This document shows, piece after piece, positions 17,539 to 32,160 of a stretch of 64,000 bases of DNA. The DNA lies in the NCBI RefSeq assembly GCF_009914755.1, contig NC_060939.1, one strand, 5' to 3'. The position numbers and the translations under genes were made by a program. The notes under the pieces are model-generated. The model had not been told where the DNA came from and did not search any database. It saw nothing but the letters and a program-made list of their open reading frames with translations. The first letter of the stretch is position 1, and each line of letters opens with the position of its first letter. Source of the DNA: the human T2T-CHM13v2.0 reference genome, Homo sapiens.

Positions 17539-17710
17539 TTAAGGTTTTTCTGGACATGCAGATAATATAATTCTGACCTGAGGTCTGCATGTTGTGGGGA
17601 AACTTGTGGTTATGAATTCTCAGTGGGACTGTTTTCTTTTTACTTCTTTTTTCCAGAATCAGGCTGAATAGCCAGTTATCCCCGTAAGAGATATAAGGTA
17701 AGACATGACC

Positions 17711-17772
17711 CAGACTATGCCTCAATCACTTGTCATCATGGTAGTGATGACAAGTGATTAAGGCATATTCTG
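17711..17772. repeat. Inverted repeat: 28-bp stem (2 mismatches), 6-nt loop
   Basis: cagactatgcctcaatcacttgtcatca-tggtag-tgatgacaagtgattaaggcatattctg. Confidence 0.95.
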
Positions 17773-17989
17773 ATTTATTTCAGGGGAGACCATTGGCATG
17801 AAATGTACGGATCCACACCAGCCTCTGCTTATGGTTCATTGGCTCCCTAAGAGTCTCTTGGCGTCTGCAGTGACTATGAGTGAATAACAGGTCACCCTTC
17901 TTGCTTAGTGAGTGGTTAAACTAGATCTAGATCTCAGGAACATGCATTACAAGGAGAAAGGGACCACCAGGTTCCTCAAAAAGTACATT

Positions 17990-18180
17990 CAACCTGGGCG
18001 TAGTGACTCATACCTGCAATCCCAGCACTTTGGGAGGCCAAGGTGGAAGGATCACTTGAGGCCAGGAGTTCAATATCAGTCTGGGCAATGTAGCAAGACC
18101 CCATCTCTACTATACACACATACACACACACATATACACACATATTCACATACATACATACACACACACACACACATTCA
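17990..18180 (+). mobile_element. Alu left monomer/FLAM followed by imperfect (CA)n
   Basis: Monomer to ~18110, then CA/TA repeat. Confidence 0.8.
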
Positions 18181-19171
18181 CTGGAGTAGTAGATAAGAAA
18201 TGATACGAGTGAAAGTCAACTGGGATTAGGAGGTTAATTTGGCTGCTTAGAGATATGGTCTAGAAGTTGTAAGGAATAAAATGTAGGGATGCCGATCCGA
18301 ACAATTGTCTGATTTTTCTCTAGCTCGGCTTATCCCAGGGTGAAGGAGCAGAGATGGCAAATGCTTTAATTGGTGCCGATATGGGCACGAGAAGTTGCTG
18401 ATGAGAGAATGGGTTGTGTGGCTGAGAAGGGGGCTCCACCAGTATAAGGAAGGGGGTGCAGCCAGGTGGAAGCTGTAAGGGCCTGAGGTCTTGAGGTATG
18501 AGGTAAGAGCTGATGTGGAGGGAGTGAGAGCACTAAAGAGATGGGAGGCTGTCATTTGGATTTAGTCTGAGAGAAGAGAAACAAAGGAGTCACCATGGGT
18601 AGCCCTGGAAAGATACAGAGAAAAAAGTGGTTAAAAAAATTAGAGAAGCTGAGATGAGAAGGCAACAAGGTCCCTCTTCAGGAAGCTTTTCATCCATGGT
18701 GCAGCCAACCCATTCTTCTTTTACCCACCACCATTTCTGGTCTCCTTGTAGGGACCAACTTCTGTATTGACAGAGATGAGCATGGAGGAGGCTCTCAAGT
18801 GCCCAAGGAATAGAAAATGGCCATGCTGTGTGATTCTTGTTCTTCCATCCCTTTGGCCAGTAGTCAAACTGTCACAAATAAAAATGTCATGGACTCCATC
18901 TGGCTTCTTCTATTGGATTTTTTTAGGAGTAGAGCAGATGGTTCACCCCGCAAGAAAGAACACTTGAGGTCATTTGCAAGTGGAAAGAGATTTGCATTTG
19001 GGCATGGAAAGGGCCGCTAGTATGGAAACATTCACACATGTAAGTTATGCTGAATCCTGTTTGAGGCTTACATGGAGTCTGAGAAGGATTTCCTGCTTCA
19101 TCAGATTCCCCAGGTGTCATCTGAATGTTCCCAAGTTCTTCAGCTTCATAGAGTTGCTCTTTCATGTAATA

Positions 19172-19600
19172 TGTCTTAGTTTGGGTTCCACCAGAAGTAG
19201 ATCTTGAGACAAGGAATTTGAAGCAGATGTTTTATTTGGGAAGTGAACAGAGGGGTTGGGGGTAGTGAGACTGGGGAGGGAAGGCAGCCAATTAAAGGTG
19301 CTTTATCAAGCCAGCTGTCACCAAGAGTGACTAGAGCTTCACCCAGAGGGAAATGTCTGAAGCAAATGTAAAAGTACAGCTCAGAGTTGGCCCCTCATTA
19401 GTGGCAAGGGAGCTGGGGTATTTATATACTGGCTCCCATCAGTCATTGGTTGAGGGTTGCTCTGAGGTGCAAGCGGAGGCTGTGCTTTGATTCCCCTGTT
19501 CTTCCATCCCACTGCAATCGTCATCAAAAAGGCTGCAGTGAGAAGAGAAAGCCCCAAACCAGAAAATGAAGGGCCTGGCATTTGTAAACCAGCAGGTGTT
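19172..19600. mobile_element. Old MLT1 (I/J-like) LTR
   Basis: tgtcttagtttgggttcc...cttgagacaagga...ggagctggggtatttata. Confidence 0.6.
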
Positions 19601-19982
19601 ATTCACTGAAGTGGGTAAGGTAAGGGTACTACCAACCTCTGCTAGGATAGTCAAATAAAATAGCTGGAACTCATCTACTTCACATGCTGGGAAGTCCAGC
19701 AGCCTCTTCAAAAGTCTCAGAGGATCCTGGGGCAGGGAGTGGGAGGACTTGTATTCTCTTGTTTGCTTCTTACTCTGTATTCCTGCTCTTGGTGCATTTT
19801 CATCTCTCCATTTGCCAACCCTCCTGCAATGGGAATTGTGATGGCTGCTATTTTTGATTTGCTTTATCAACAGTATGTACAGTTCCTTTTCCTGAAATCC
19901 TCAAAGCACCAATAACACTTGTGCAGATAAGGGACATTTACTAAGGAATTAGGAATCATAGAGGGGAATTAGAAAACAGCTC

Positions 19983-20107
19983 AGACAGATAGCATGCTTC
20001 ACTTTCTGCTTTTTTTCTACTTCCATTTATTTCATGTTTATTTTGAAGATTCAATGGGCTCATCAATGAGTGTCACGGGAGACACTTAAGAAAATGCTGA
20101 TGCACAG
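19983..20107 (+). repeat. ~125-bp direct repeat, copy 1
   Basis: About 94% identical (hand count) to 21057-21183. Confidence 0.95.
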
Positions 20108-20275
20108 AAGCTCAGAAGAGGCAATTGCTGCCCTACCTTCACTCTGGACCACTTCTTCACCAGGTACTTTCTAGATTGCACATCACAGCCTTGTAGCTGG
20201 GTTCTATTCTCCTTGGGAGAGATGTCTCCATCTTTCCTCTTCTCCAAGGCTTGGAGACCACACCGTCCTTACGTC

Positions 20276-20580
20276 TTTTTTTTTTTTTTTTTTTTTAACA
20301 TAGGGTCTCACTCTGTTGCCCAGGCTAGAGTGCAGTGGTGCAATCTTGGCTCACTGCAGCTTCGACCTCCCGGCTCAAGTGATCCTCCTGTGTCAGCTTC
20401 CCTAGTAGTTGGGACCATAGGCGCACACTGCCACACCTGGCTAATTGTTTATTTTTAGTAGAGACAAGGTTGATGAGGTCTCACTGTGTTGCCCAGGCTG
20501 TTCTCAAATGCCTGGGCTCAAGCAATCTGCCCGCCTCGGCCTACCGAAGTGCTGGGATTTTACAGGCACCATGCCCGGCT
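20276..20580 (-). mobile_element. AluJ
   Basis: Reverse dimer; TSD tccttacgtctt. Confidence 0.9.
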
Positions 20581-20737
20581 CCTTACGTCTTATTCTGTAA
20601 GGGAACAATCCCCAAATTCCTGTTCCTATGTTATGCAGCTCATTTTCTATTTAGGCTCACCTTTTATAGCTTAAGAAGACTCATCAACATGTTTTCATGA
20701 ACAGAAAAGGAATAATTTTCTCGTTAAAAAACAAACA

Positions 20738-20880
20738 GGCTAGGCGTGGTGGCTTACGTCTGTAATCTCAGCACTTTGGGAGTCTGAGACAGGAGGACCA
20801 CTTGAGCCCAAGAGTTCAAGACCAACCTGGGCACCATAGTGAGATCTCCATCTCTAAAAATAAATTTAAAAAATACAATG
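20738..20880 (+). mobile_element. Alu left monomer/FLAM_C
   Basis: ggctaggcgtggtggc...tctctaaaaa. Confidence 0.85.
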
Positions 20881-21056
20881 AAAAATAAATAGATAAACCA
20901 ACTAACCAACCAACCAAACAAACAAAAGTGGGTCAAATGTAGCCAGCTTTTAAAGCAAATTTTTCCTTCCCTATGACAAGTGGCTACAGCGTGGCATGTG
21001 GATGAGTGCATTTTATCAATGATACTCTTGCTATCCCTGGTCAGCCACACCATGAG

Positions 21057-21183
21057 AGACAGGCAGCATGCTTCACTTTCTGCTTTTTTCTACTTCCATT
21101 TATTTCATGTTTATTTTGAAGATTCAGTGGGGCTCATCAATCAGTGTCATGGGAGACACTTAAGAAAATGCTGATGCGCACAG
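21057..21183 (+). repeat. ~125-bp direct repeat, copy 2
   Basis: Matches 19983-20107. Confidence 0.95.
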
Positions 21184-22329
21184 TTTCTGATTGATTGCAA
21201 AAGACATGGCTTTTGTATTCATTCACTTAACCTTTTCTGGGCTTCTACTCAATGCCAGGGACATTGACAGGTACTGGGGATGCAGATATGACAAGATGGT
21301 GTCACTATCCTTCAGATCCTACCGAATGGAAAAAAAGAGAGACACAATTCAGAGAGATGCACAGTGCTCATTTTGGAGTCAGAAGACCTGGGTTTGAGAC
21401 CTAGGCCTGCTTTTTGCTAATCTCAACACCCTGGAGAAGTCTTACACTTTCTTTGAGGAAGATGTGGTCCAGAAAGCTGAACGTTTACCCTTGACTCCCC
21501 ACAGGGTAGGGCCTGGAACCCAGGCATACCAGTGCCTGGTTCCACGTTCCTTTCACTGGACCATATGGCTTCTCGCTAGCTGGATGGTCGAAGAGAATTC
21601 CCAAAGTAGAAAAACAATTGTAAACATGAGCTTGCCTTTATGCCCAGAAGGCTTACATATCATACAAGTTAAAAGCACACATTTTCTTAAGCATTATTTT
21701 TCATGACTATCACTCTGATTAATAAAACAGAGATTTGGAGAGAAACACTCTTCCACTAACTGGGAAATTCATTAGACCAAGGATACCAGTGGCAACTTCA
21801 TGCCAGCACATTTGTGGGATGTGGAAGAAAACAGAGAAACCCATTTGAAGGATGATTCTAGCTGCACAGCAGCTCCTGATCTGTTTTCCCTGATTCTTAC
21901 AACTTATGAATAATTTGTTGAACAGTCTGAACTTGTTGTTGAGACATTTTTTAAAAAATCTCTACTCCTTGCCTTCAACTGTTCTATGACAAATCCCCAA
22001 TTCCTCTTCCTTGTGGCATCTGGGGCAGATCTGAATGAAGCCTTGGTTGAAAAATCATCATATTGAATTTAATACTTTCTTCCTCCTCACTCCACCTGGC
22101 TTAGGCCTGCGGGACCTGGGACAGATGAGATTAGATTTCTCTTTTCCCTCCTCTCCCTCCCCCGGGTCACTCTTTTGCATTGTGTTGGGGGCTGGTGCTA
22201 CTGTGGTGCTCTTTATGTCGATGGTTACTGCTTTTCCACCACGGCCGTTGGGTAGCAGATGCTCAGTGGCAGCCCCTCTGAGGGACTCACATGGGTATCT
22301 TGTAGTAGGCCCTTTAGAAAGAAGCCTCT

Positions 22330-22620
22330 GGCCAGACACGGTGGCTCACGCCTGTAATCCCAGCACTTTGGGAGGCCGAGGCGGGTGGATCACCTGAAGT
22401 CAGGAGTTCGAGGCCAGCCTGGCCAACATGGTGAAACACTGTCTCTACTAAAAATACAAAAATTAGCTGGGTATGATGGTGGGTGCCCGTAGTCCCAGCT
22501 ACTCAGGAGGCTGAGGCAGGAGTATCACCTGAACCAGGGAGGTGGAGACTGCAGTGAGCTGAGATTGGTGCCACTGCACTCTCTCTCAAAAAAAAAAAAA
22601 AAAAGAAGAAGAAGAAGAAG
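22330..22620 (+). mobile_element. AluS with short 3' internal deletion and A/(GAA) tail
   Basis: cactgcactc joined directly to tctctcaaaa. Confidence 0.9.
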
Positions 22621-23641
22621 CAGCCTCTGATCTGCACGGTTCCCTTATGTGTGAGATGCATGTGAGATGCGTTCTGGCCTGACCTCCTATCAGCTCCACC
22701 TTGATGGTGTCTAGAGCTTCCCCTTGCTGCGGTTCCCTCACCTGCTGGCCATTGCTTTTGAGTGGCATAGTGGCAAGAAGGCTTGGTCCTGGCTACTTGT
22801 ATTGTGCCCACCACTCTAGGACAAATGTACATATCTTTGATTCTCCAAATAGTGGGAATTTAAACTGCCACCTGTTACCCTGCTTTTCATCTGCGATTGT
22901 TTCTTCAATTCTCTCTCCCCCGGCTGCTTTAGGCATGGAAGCATGACACCTCTTACACTGCACAATCACTCAACTTAGAGTGAGACATTAGTTCTCCTCC
23001 TTTCAAACCACCCAGTCACTATGAAGGGTTCTCTTGGACCACCCATTATTTGGTATGGGGGTTAGAAAACCCCCAGAACTTCCCAAATAGTTCTATGACT
23101 TACGATTCCAATGACTCTCCAGATTTCCTCCCCACCACACCCCAGTCATTATCTCCTTAATACAGAGACTAGAGGGGAAGACGTGGTAATGGGCTCTGCT
23201 TCCTCTTAGTCATCTCTGGAGGGGGATGATAATTATTCAGAATGCAAAAGTCTATTTTTTCCTCAGCATAATTCTAGATGCAATAAAAAATCCCACACAA
23301 CACCCTAATACAATTAAGGTAATGAACAATTCTCACTCTATCAAAGTGATACAGGAATGAATTCAGGGTGATGCACAGATGAAGAGAATGAAGCTTAGGT
23401 CTCAGATGCCTTCCCCCATGCAGACCCCTTCCAAGGCCCTGGGGAGGAGCCCTCATAATGTGTTCACATGTTCTTATGTTTTTATACAATTTGAACCAAT
23501 ACATATTTTAAATCACATTTGATTAAGACCACCATTGCTATCCACTCTGGCTTCCCCTCTGTTAATTTCCGCTTGTGTCTGTTGATGTCAGAGCAGCTGC
23601 AGGTATATTTAGGATGTAAAATTGGCTTAGAAATACATCTA

Positions 23642-23716
23642 TTAGGTGAAAAGTAATCACAGTTTTTGCCATTTCAAGTAATTGCGAAAACCGCGATTAC
23701 TTTTGCACCCACCTAA
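23642..23716. mobile_element. MADE1 (Hsmar1-derived MITE)
   Basis: ttaggtgaaaagtaat...attacttttgcacccacctaa palindrome with TA target duplications at 23640-23641 and 23717-23718. Confidence 0.9.
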
Positions 23717-25159
23717 TAGTTTGAGTTTGATGGGATATATTTATGTCATTCACAGCCACTTCCATGTAGAGTTAAGTTATTGTTCCCTATTCCTTTATAG
23801 GAATGGTTTTTGGGAACACGCCTACCATTCATTGTCTGACTCAGTGCCACCTTGTCACTAAGGTGCAGGGCGGGGGTTGTAGCCCATAGGTACACATCCC
23901 ACAGCAGCCAGTGCAGGAAGTATGTGGGTACTGGTGGAAAAACAAGGTTTGAAATACATTCAGACTCAGCTTAGATCATCTTCTCATGCAGCTGTAACAG
24001 AAACTCCAGTGATCTGTCCCAATTGGGAAAAGAAATTCTGATTTAAAAGTTTGATAAAACACCCTCCTCTGACAAAGACAAGTTCCTCTCATATACAAAA
24101 GAAATTTGACTGAGGGTTTTCCAGATTGTATAATTCTAAAACTCTATGCAATAGAACTAATGCGAAGTTGTGAAATGAAAAGAAACCTTTATAATTTATT
24201 AAATGGTAATGAACAAATTTTGATCCACCAGGCCAGATGAAAGATTAAATTAGCTTTTTATTCTTGCTACAGAAGAAGATACTGAAAACTGTCATTGTGT
24301 GTGAGGAGATCAATGAATAGGCAGCCAAAAATGTAGGAAAAAAGGGTTGTAGAAGCAGTTAATTAGTAAAAATTAGATTTTTTCAATTTATAAATTTGTG
24401 GCATTTCTGGCTTTCTAAACATTTGTGATTTGTTTCAGTTTTTTCTCTCATTTGAAAATATCCCTTTCATATCTAATTATATAATTATATGTTGGTGGTT
24501 TTATATTCTTTCTCTTAAAGACAGTTTCTTAATTTGTTTAAACTTTAGGAATCAGAAGGTTGGATTGGCTATTGGTCGTCTATTGTGTATTTTGGTGCTA
24601 CAAGATGTCATAAAGGTGCCAAACTAGTTCCATGCATGTAGGAGTTTTAGGATCTCATTAAAATAGTTTTGTTTTGTTTTGTTTTGTTTTGTTTTATCAT
24701 GGAAGAGAGTTCTAATGAAGTGAGCACTTTTCCACACTGCAGGTGGAAGTATAATTGGCTGGACTCTTTTGGGTTTGATTCTTTTAATGATACGTAACAA
24801 AAGCCAAAAATAGTGCATGACCCTTGACCTACACTCCTGAGAATTTATCCTAAGCAAATAATTCATAAGAAAAACAAGCTCCAAACCTCACTACAGCTTT
24901 ACTTTGTAAAATTTGTGAGGCAGCTTAAATATCCAGCCATCAGGGAGTCATTCAGAAAATGATGATGTCTCAGCCTTCAGTTAGTTCATCAACATGAAAA
25001 AAATGCTTACAATATGTTGGGTAACACATTACAAAATGTTTCCCATACGGTGACAACAACATGCCAAAACAAAAAGGTCTGCATTTGGGCAATGACTAGA
25101 AGGGAATACGATGGTTGTTATGTCTAAATGATAGGACTAAGAGTTTGTTTTCTTTTTGC

Positions 25160-25511
<352 letters not shown>

Positions 25512-25604
25512 TGAAAAAAGAATCCAAATGCTTTGGGTGTCTGCTGTCTGGGCTCTCCCCACTTTACTCTTTCCTTTCCCCTGCACTTTCTGATCTCCCT
25601 CACC

Positions 25605-25738
25605 CATGCATGCAGGAACACATACATACACATGCACCCACACACACACACATGCACACACACAGGTGCATTCTCATATACTTTCACACACATGCACATG
25701 CTTTCACACATGCTCACACATTCAGACACACTCACATG
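25605..25738. repeat. Imperfect (CA)/(CATG) alternating purine-pyrimidine tract
   Basis: Directly visible. Confidence 0.85.
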
Positions 25739-26006
25739 CCCTTTCTCCAACTTTATTCTCCCTGCACTCTGGGATCTACAGTGTTTGCTCCATAAACAAC
25801 TCTGGACGGCCTTAACCCCTTACATGCCACTCTGTAAGGGCTGTTTTCTGAGCTCAGTAGTGTCCTACTAGGCATTGTCCAGGTCTCTTCACACTGATGA
25901 GTCTACAGGCTGCCCTTGCAGGAGTTGCTCTGATTTCCACCATCACTCTTCCCCGAACCTCTGCCTAACTGCCTCACTGGCCCCCCAAAACCTGTATACC
26001 CTAGAA
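25734..26006 (+). repeat. ~273-bp direct repeat, copy 1
   Basis: About 93% identical to 26628-26901. ORFs 25533, 25875 and 26680 share peptides [16 protein letters not shown] and SDFHHHSSPNLCLTASL. Confidence 0.97.
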
Positions 26007-26627
26007 CTGCTTTTTGTTTCTGTAAGTTTCCAGAGGACTTCACTCATCTCTGTAGGTTAACTAGAAAGGTTCACAAAACATGTCTGGTATCATCACGGCA
26101 TGTTGCTTAAAGTGATGGCTTCATAGCTGGGGTCAAATCAACCCAGAGCCTACCTCACTGCTTGTTTGCTACATGACCCAGGAAAATCGCTTTCCTTCAG
26201 GTTCTTCTTCTTTAAAATGTAAGAGTTGGATCAGAAGGTTTGTAACATCCCTTCTAGCTCTGATTCCATGATTTATAACCCGTGCATATTTCTTATTAGT
26301 TCTGTTTTGTAGTCTGCTGCAGCACTGTGCGATGGGATGGCTGATACTGCCTGGGGAAGTTTTCAGAGGCCGTGGGGGCACAGCTGCTAGGGCAGAGCGT
26401 GGGGAGTGTGAGTTTCTGCCTCATATGGTCTGGGGCTCCAGGTCAGCTGTTTTTTATGCAAAGGATGGTATTCATTTTGGCTTTTGAGTGCAGAGAAAAT
26501 CTAAGAGGCTAAACATTTGTTTGTGGATAAAAATCACGTGCTTAATGGAATAACTTAAGAACTCTTGTGATGCAGGGCCAGACTTCCAGGATGGAGGCAG
26601 CCAAGACAAGACAAGGAAAAGAGACTT

Positions 26628-26901
26628 ACATGCACTTTCTAGCAACTTTATTCTCCCTGCCCTCTGGGATCTACAGTGTTTGCTCCATAAACAAGTCTGG
26701 ATGGCCTTAACCCCTTACATGCCACTCTGCAAGGGCTGTTTTCTGAGTTCACTAGTGTCCTACCAGGCATTGTCCAGGTCTCTCCAGACTGATGAGCCTA
26801 CAGGCTGCCCTTGCAGGAGTTCCTCCGACTTCCATCATCACTCTTCCCCGAACCTCTGCCTAACTGCCTCACTGCCCCCCAAAAACCCGTATACCCTAGA
26901 A
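26628..26901 (+). repeat. ~273-bp direct repeat, copy 2
   Basis: Matches 25734-26006, offset 894 bp. Confidence 0.97.
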
Positions 26902-28354
26902 TGTCTTTCTTTTACTGAAGGCAATGAAGTAGGCTGTAAGCATATATGCTGGGAGCCTAAGAACTCAGTGAAACTTGCGTTTAATGAAATAGTGTGCTTT
27001 GTGGATAGGATTGTGGTTACCGAATACAGAATGAAGAAAATGGAAGACCTTTTTTAGGGAATGAGCATTCCTTTATTTTGTAATAAGTGCAGTCTGACGA
27101 ACTGTGTACGTAAAGTAAGCCTCTGACAGAGAAAAAAGACGAGTTATAAGAAGGGAACTTGGGGAGAGCATAGTTGTAATTACCCTAAAAGTGGGCACCC
27201 AGATGAGATGAGAGGGTTGAGGGGAAGTCTGGGATAGCCAGCCATTTAATGACACTGGAAACATTTAGTAGACATTTTTCCCTCTGGTTCTCTACCCCTT
27301 ACCCTGGGACCAAGATTTATTAAGGATAGGGAGGATCTTGGTCATGGATTTGTACTGAATCTGTACTGGCTCGGGACCAAGAAGGGAGCACCCCTGGTTA
27401 TGGGAAGGAGTCAATGCTTTTGAGGAACCCATCTCTTACTCTTCCCCAGACTGAGCCAGATAGTTTATTGATTAATTTATTTATTAATCTTTATTGAGTC
27501 AGCCTTTATGGTGATGGCTACTGCTGGGGATATAGAAACAATGTGTCCTTCAAGAAGCTCTTGAGCACTTTGATGAGAGTTCTATGACATGAGGTATAGG
27601 CAAGAGAGGTAAAGGCAAGATTAGGCAAAGGCTACTTAGGGGAGCTATGTGCACAGCTGACCCCAGGTGAGAGACACCCTCAAGGAGGTGTGGCTCACTA
27701 ATGCACACATGCTTTCCACCGGGGACAACTGCATTGCCAAGGACAGACAATAACAAGACTCGAAAATAGGACCAGTTGCTGGTAGAGTTATAATTCAAAT
27801 TCAAGTTTGTATGTAGCAATTGTAACACAAACCTATGTTCAATGCCAAATTCTTCAGAATGGATACAGAAAATCTATGCCCAGTGAGATCATAGGGTGAA
27901 ATATAAGTAGATTTCTTATTGCATTACTGTACTATTGACCAATTGTTCAACAGCTTCACTGGGGAGAAAACATGTAGAAATGGGCTTGCGTTGTAATGAA
28001 ATAAAAAACATTCAGGTTAATTGAAGGAGGAAGAGTCATCATTAAGTAACTAAAATGTACACAGACTTTGCTCCAGGAGATCTGGAAGGATGGAATAAAG
28101 AACTCTCAGGAGTATAAGCCTGGCTCATGGCAGAAAACTAAATTGAATGTCCTCTAAGTTGAAAATGCAACAGAGATCACTGTGGCCTCATTTTAAATTT
28201 TCCACATCATGAGCTTAGGGGATGGAGCCCCAGAGTTAAGAGTTCTTCCCACTCAGTCCAGCAAGAAGTGGCTTGGATAGGAGAAATGTAACTGGGACCA
28301 TCAGGCATAGGACCTGCAAGAAGCTAAGGGTTAGAATCCTGTCCGCCTCCCAGA

Positions 28355-28595
28355 TACCATGATTCCATTTATTTGAAGTTAAGAATCAGCAAAACTAATC
28401 CATGTTGATAAAAATTAGAACTGCAGTTGGCTAAGGGGTGGACTGGGAAATTGACTAGAAAGGGAAACATGGGGGCATTTTCTGGGGGTGATGGAAGTAT
28501 TCTTTGTCTTGATAGGGGTGGTACCTTTTTCAAAATTCATTAAATTATATGCATGATATCTGTGCATTCCACTGTGTGTAAATTTTACCTCATTA
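28355..28595 (+). mobile_element. L1ME-like 3' fragment
   Basis: gcaaaactaatccatg...ttctgggggtgatggaagtattct...gcattccactgtgtgtaaattttacctca. Confidence 0.65.
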
Positions 28596-28596
28596 A

Positions 28597-29698
<1,102 letters not shown>

Positions 29699-31234
29699 AG
29701 AAATATTTCTGAATGGCCCATACTTCAAAAGGGAAACAATAAATCCTCCGGCTAAAGCCCTAACCTTTAGAGGGTGATGTCAGAAGGAACACCGGAGACT
29801 GGACGCCGGAAGACCTGGGTGCTAGACCTGGCTCTGCTGGCCTTTCATGATGGGGAATTCTGTTTTCCTCTTTACCCCTGCTTTGTGTATCACTCAAGGA
29901 GTTTTACGAGGAGATCGCTAAGCTCTGACATTGCGAGACACCTTGTCCCTACTTTCTGAGACAGAGGTTGGGCACGATGACCCAGAGGTGAGAGTTGATT
30001 TGGTGATTCTTGTGATCTGAATCTCTTCCATATGTCTAGTGTCAGCCCAGCTCAGGGAGCAGAGAACACGGGCAATCTGATACCTCCAGGAAGTCCAATG
30101 CTTCGTTGTTGCTAAAATTAGAACCAGGCTGCAGCTTAGATCAAGGCCATTCCTTTCCCAGCCTCACGGTGAGCTAACTCTTCTCCCTCCACCCTGCACC
30201 GTACAAATGTGCCGGTAATTATAGCAACATGAGCACCAGATGATTCATCTTGGAGTCTGGAGGAAAAAAGCAGAAACCAAGTTAGAGCTTTACAGAGATC
30301 CTGACCCTTATAGACAAGGAGATGAGAGTAGGCAAAAGGAGAAAACAAATGAGACAAGAGGGAAGGAAGAAGGAAAGAAGGAGGCAGAAACAATTGAAGA
30401 GAATTAACTTCTTAGCCTGGACAGGAACATGAGCGGAAGACCTAGTTAGTTCCTACTTACCCTTTGCGGCTGTGTTGGCAGCGTACCAAATGACTTCCCC
30501 AAGGACAGTGGTCCATTCTTTTTTGAAAAATAACTTCAAAAAATGAAATCATGATCTTTCCTGGTAATGCATTTCAGTAGCTTGCTTGTATCTGTGTGTC
30601 AGTACGAATGGAGCTGGAGCTAGGCTTGATCCCAGCTTTGATACAGATTAACCATGATCTCGAGCAATTTACCTAATTGTTTGCACCTCATTTTCTTTGT
30701 CATAAAACAGAGAGATCTACCTCAAAGCACGCTGCGCAGCTAAAATAAGGTCAAATATATGAGACTGCCTGGAAGGTTCACACAGGTTGGCCCAACCTAG
30801 GTTTAGCTGAAAACATATGTAAAAAAGATTGTCTAATCTAGGTGGTCTTTGTTTCTGCCTCTGGGGATCTTAATTTATCATAGGTATCCATTTCTGAGGT
30901 TGTTCTGTGGTAGTTTCTTTATCCTATATTTCTCTAATCATCCACTAGGTTTGCATGCAGATGGCAAGACTAAAAGTGCCTTTCCCTTCTGGTTGACAAT
31001 GGAGTGGCAGTTAGCTTTTTAGGAGCTACCCTATCTTGAGCCTGTGCTGTCCAAGCTCTCTGTGCCATTTCTTCTGCTGTACGAGGGGATAGATCTGTCC
31101 TGCAGGGCTGTTGTGGAGATTAAAAGCAATATCAAATGTGAAGTGCCTAATATAGTGGTAGATACATAATAGATGCTTAGGATGAGAAATGTTTAATAGG
31201 ATGAGTTATTAGGAATTTTAAACATTAGTTATTT

Positions 31235-31543
<309 letters not shown>

Positions 31544-31749
31544 TTAATTAGTAAATTTGCTGCCCTGGATTTTTAAGCAGAATAAGAAAACTATTTTTCT
31601 CTCCCCTGCAAGGTCCTTTGATGGTCATGCCTTAGTGTTCATGAAGACTGGACTTCCTCTCCTCAGTGGGAGTGATACTCCCCTTGGCCCACCCCGTCCC
31701 CTTAGCTCTTACCTTTTCCTGGCACTTTGACCTGACTTCCAACTTCTAG

Positions 31750-32160
31750 CACCTGTGTCTTTCTTTTATCCTTTTTGCTTGGGGACTGGGGACTTTCCTA
31801 GCCACCTGAGCCCACTCTGTCCCCACATGGTTGGAAGTGCTTAGGAATTCGTACTCTTCGCCAGCAATCTTCAACCAATGACTGGTGGGAGCTGGTGGAT
31901 AAATACCCCAAATCCCTCCCTCCTCAGGTGGGATACAGTTGAGGTTTGTGTTCTGTGTTACCTCCCAGAGTTCCCCAGAGAGATGAAGCCCCAGTTGCCC
32001 ACAGTGGAAATTTATGTGATGAGGTGCCCTTTGTAGGCTCCTTCCATTCCCCGTCTCACTTCCCTCCGCCCCTACTAGGGTCCTGGGATCGCTTCCCATT
32101 CACCTACTTACACTCATTCCTTTTCTCAGAGTTGGCTCCTTGGAGAATTCAACCAAGAAG
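31750..32160. mobile_element. Old MLT1-type LTR
   Basis: aaccaatgactggtgggagctggtggataaataccccaa...cttccattccccgtctcacttccc; same family as 19172 in the opposite orientation. Confidence 0.6.

Noticed and set aside
23360-24570. Possible ancient hAT (Arthur/Charlie-like) transposon remnant around the MADE1
   Set aside because: Resemblance too weak to assign family or boundaries without an HMM search.
25533-27057. Repeated peptides suggesting a duplicated coding exon
   Set aside because: Copy 1 is interrupted by a TAG at 25869-25871 and the peptide resembles no family I recognise; DNA duplication explains the match.
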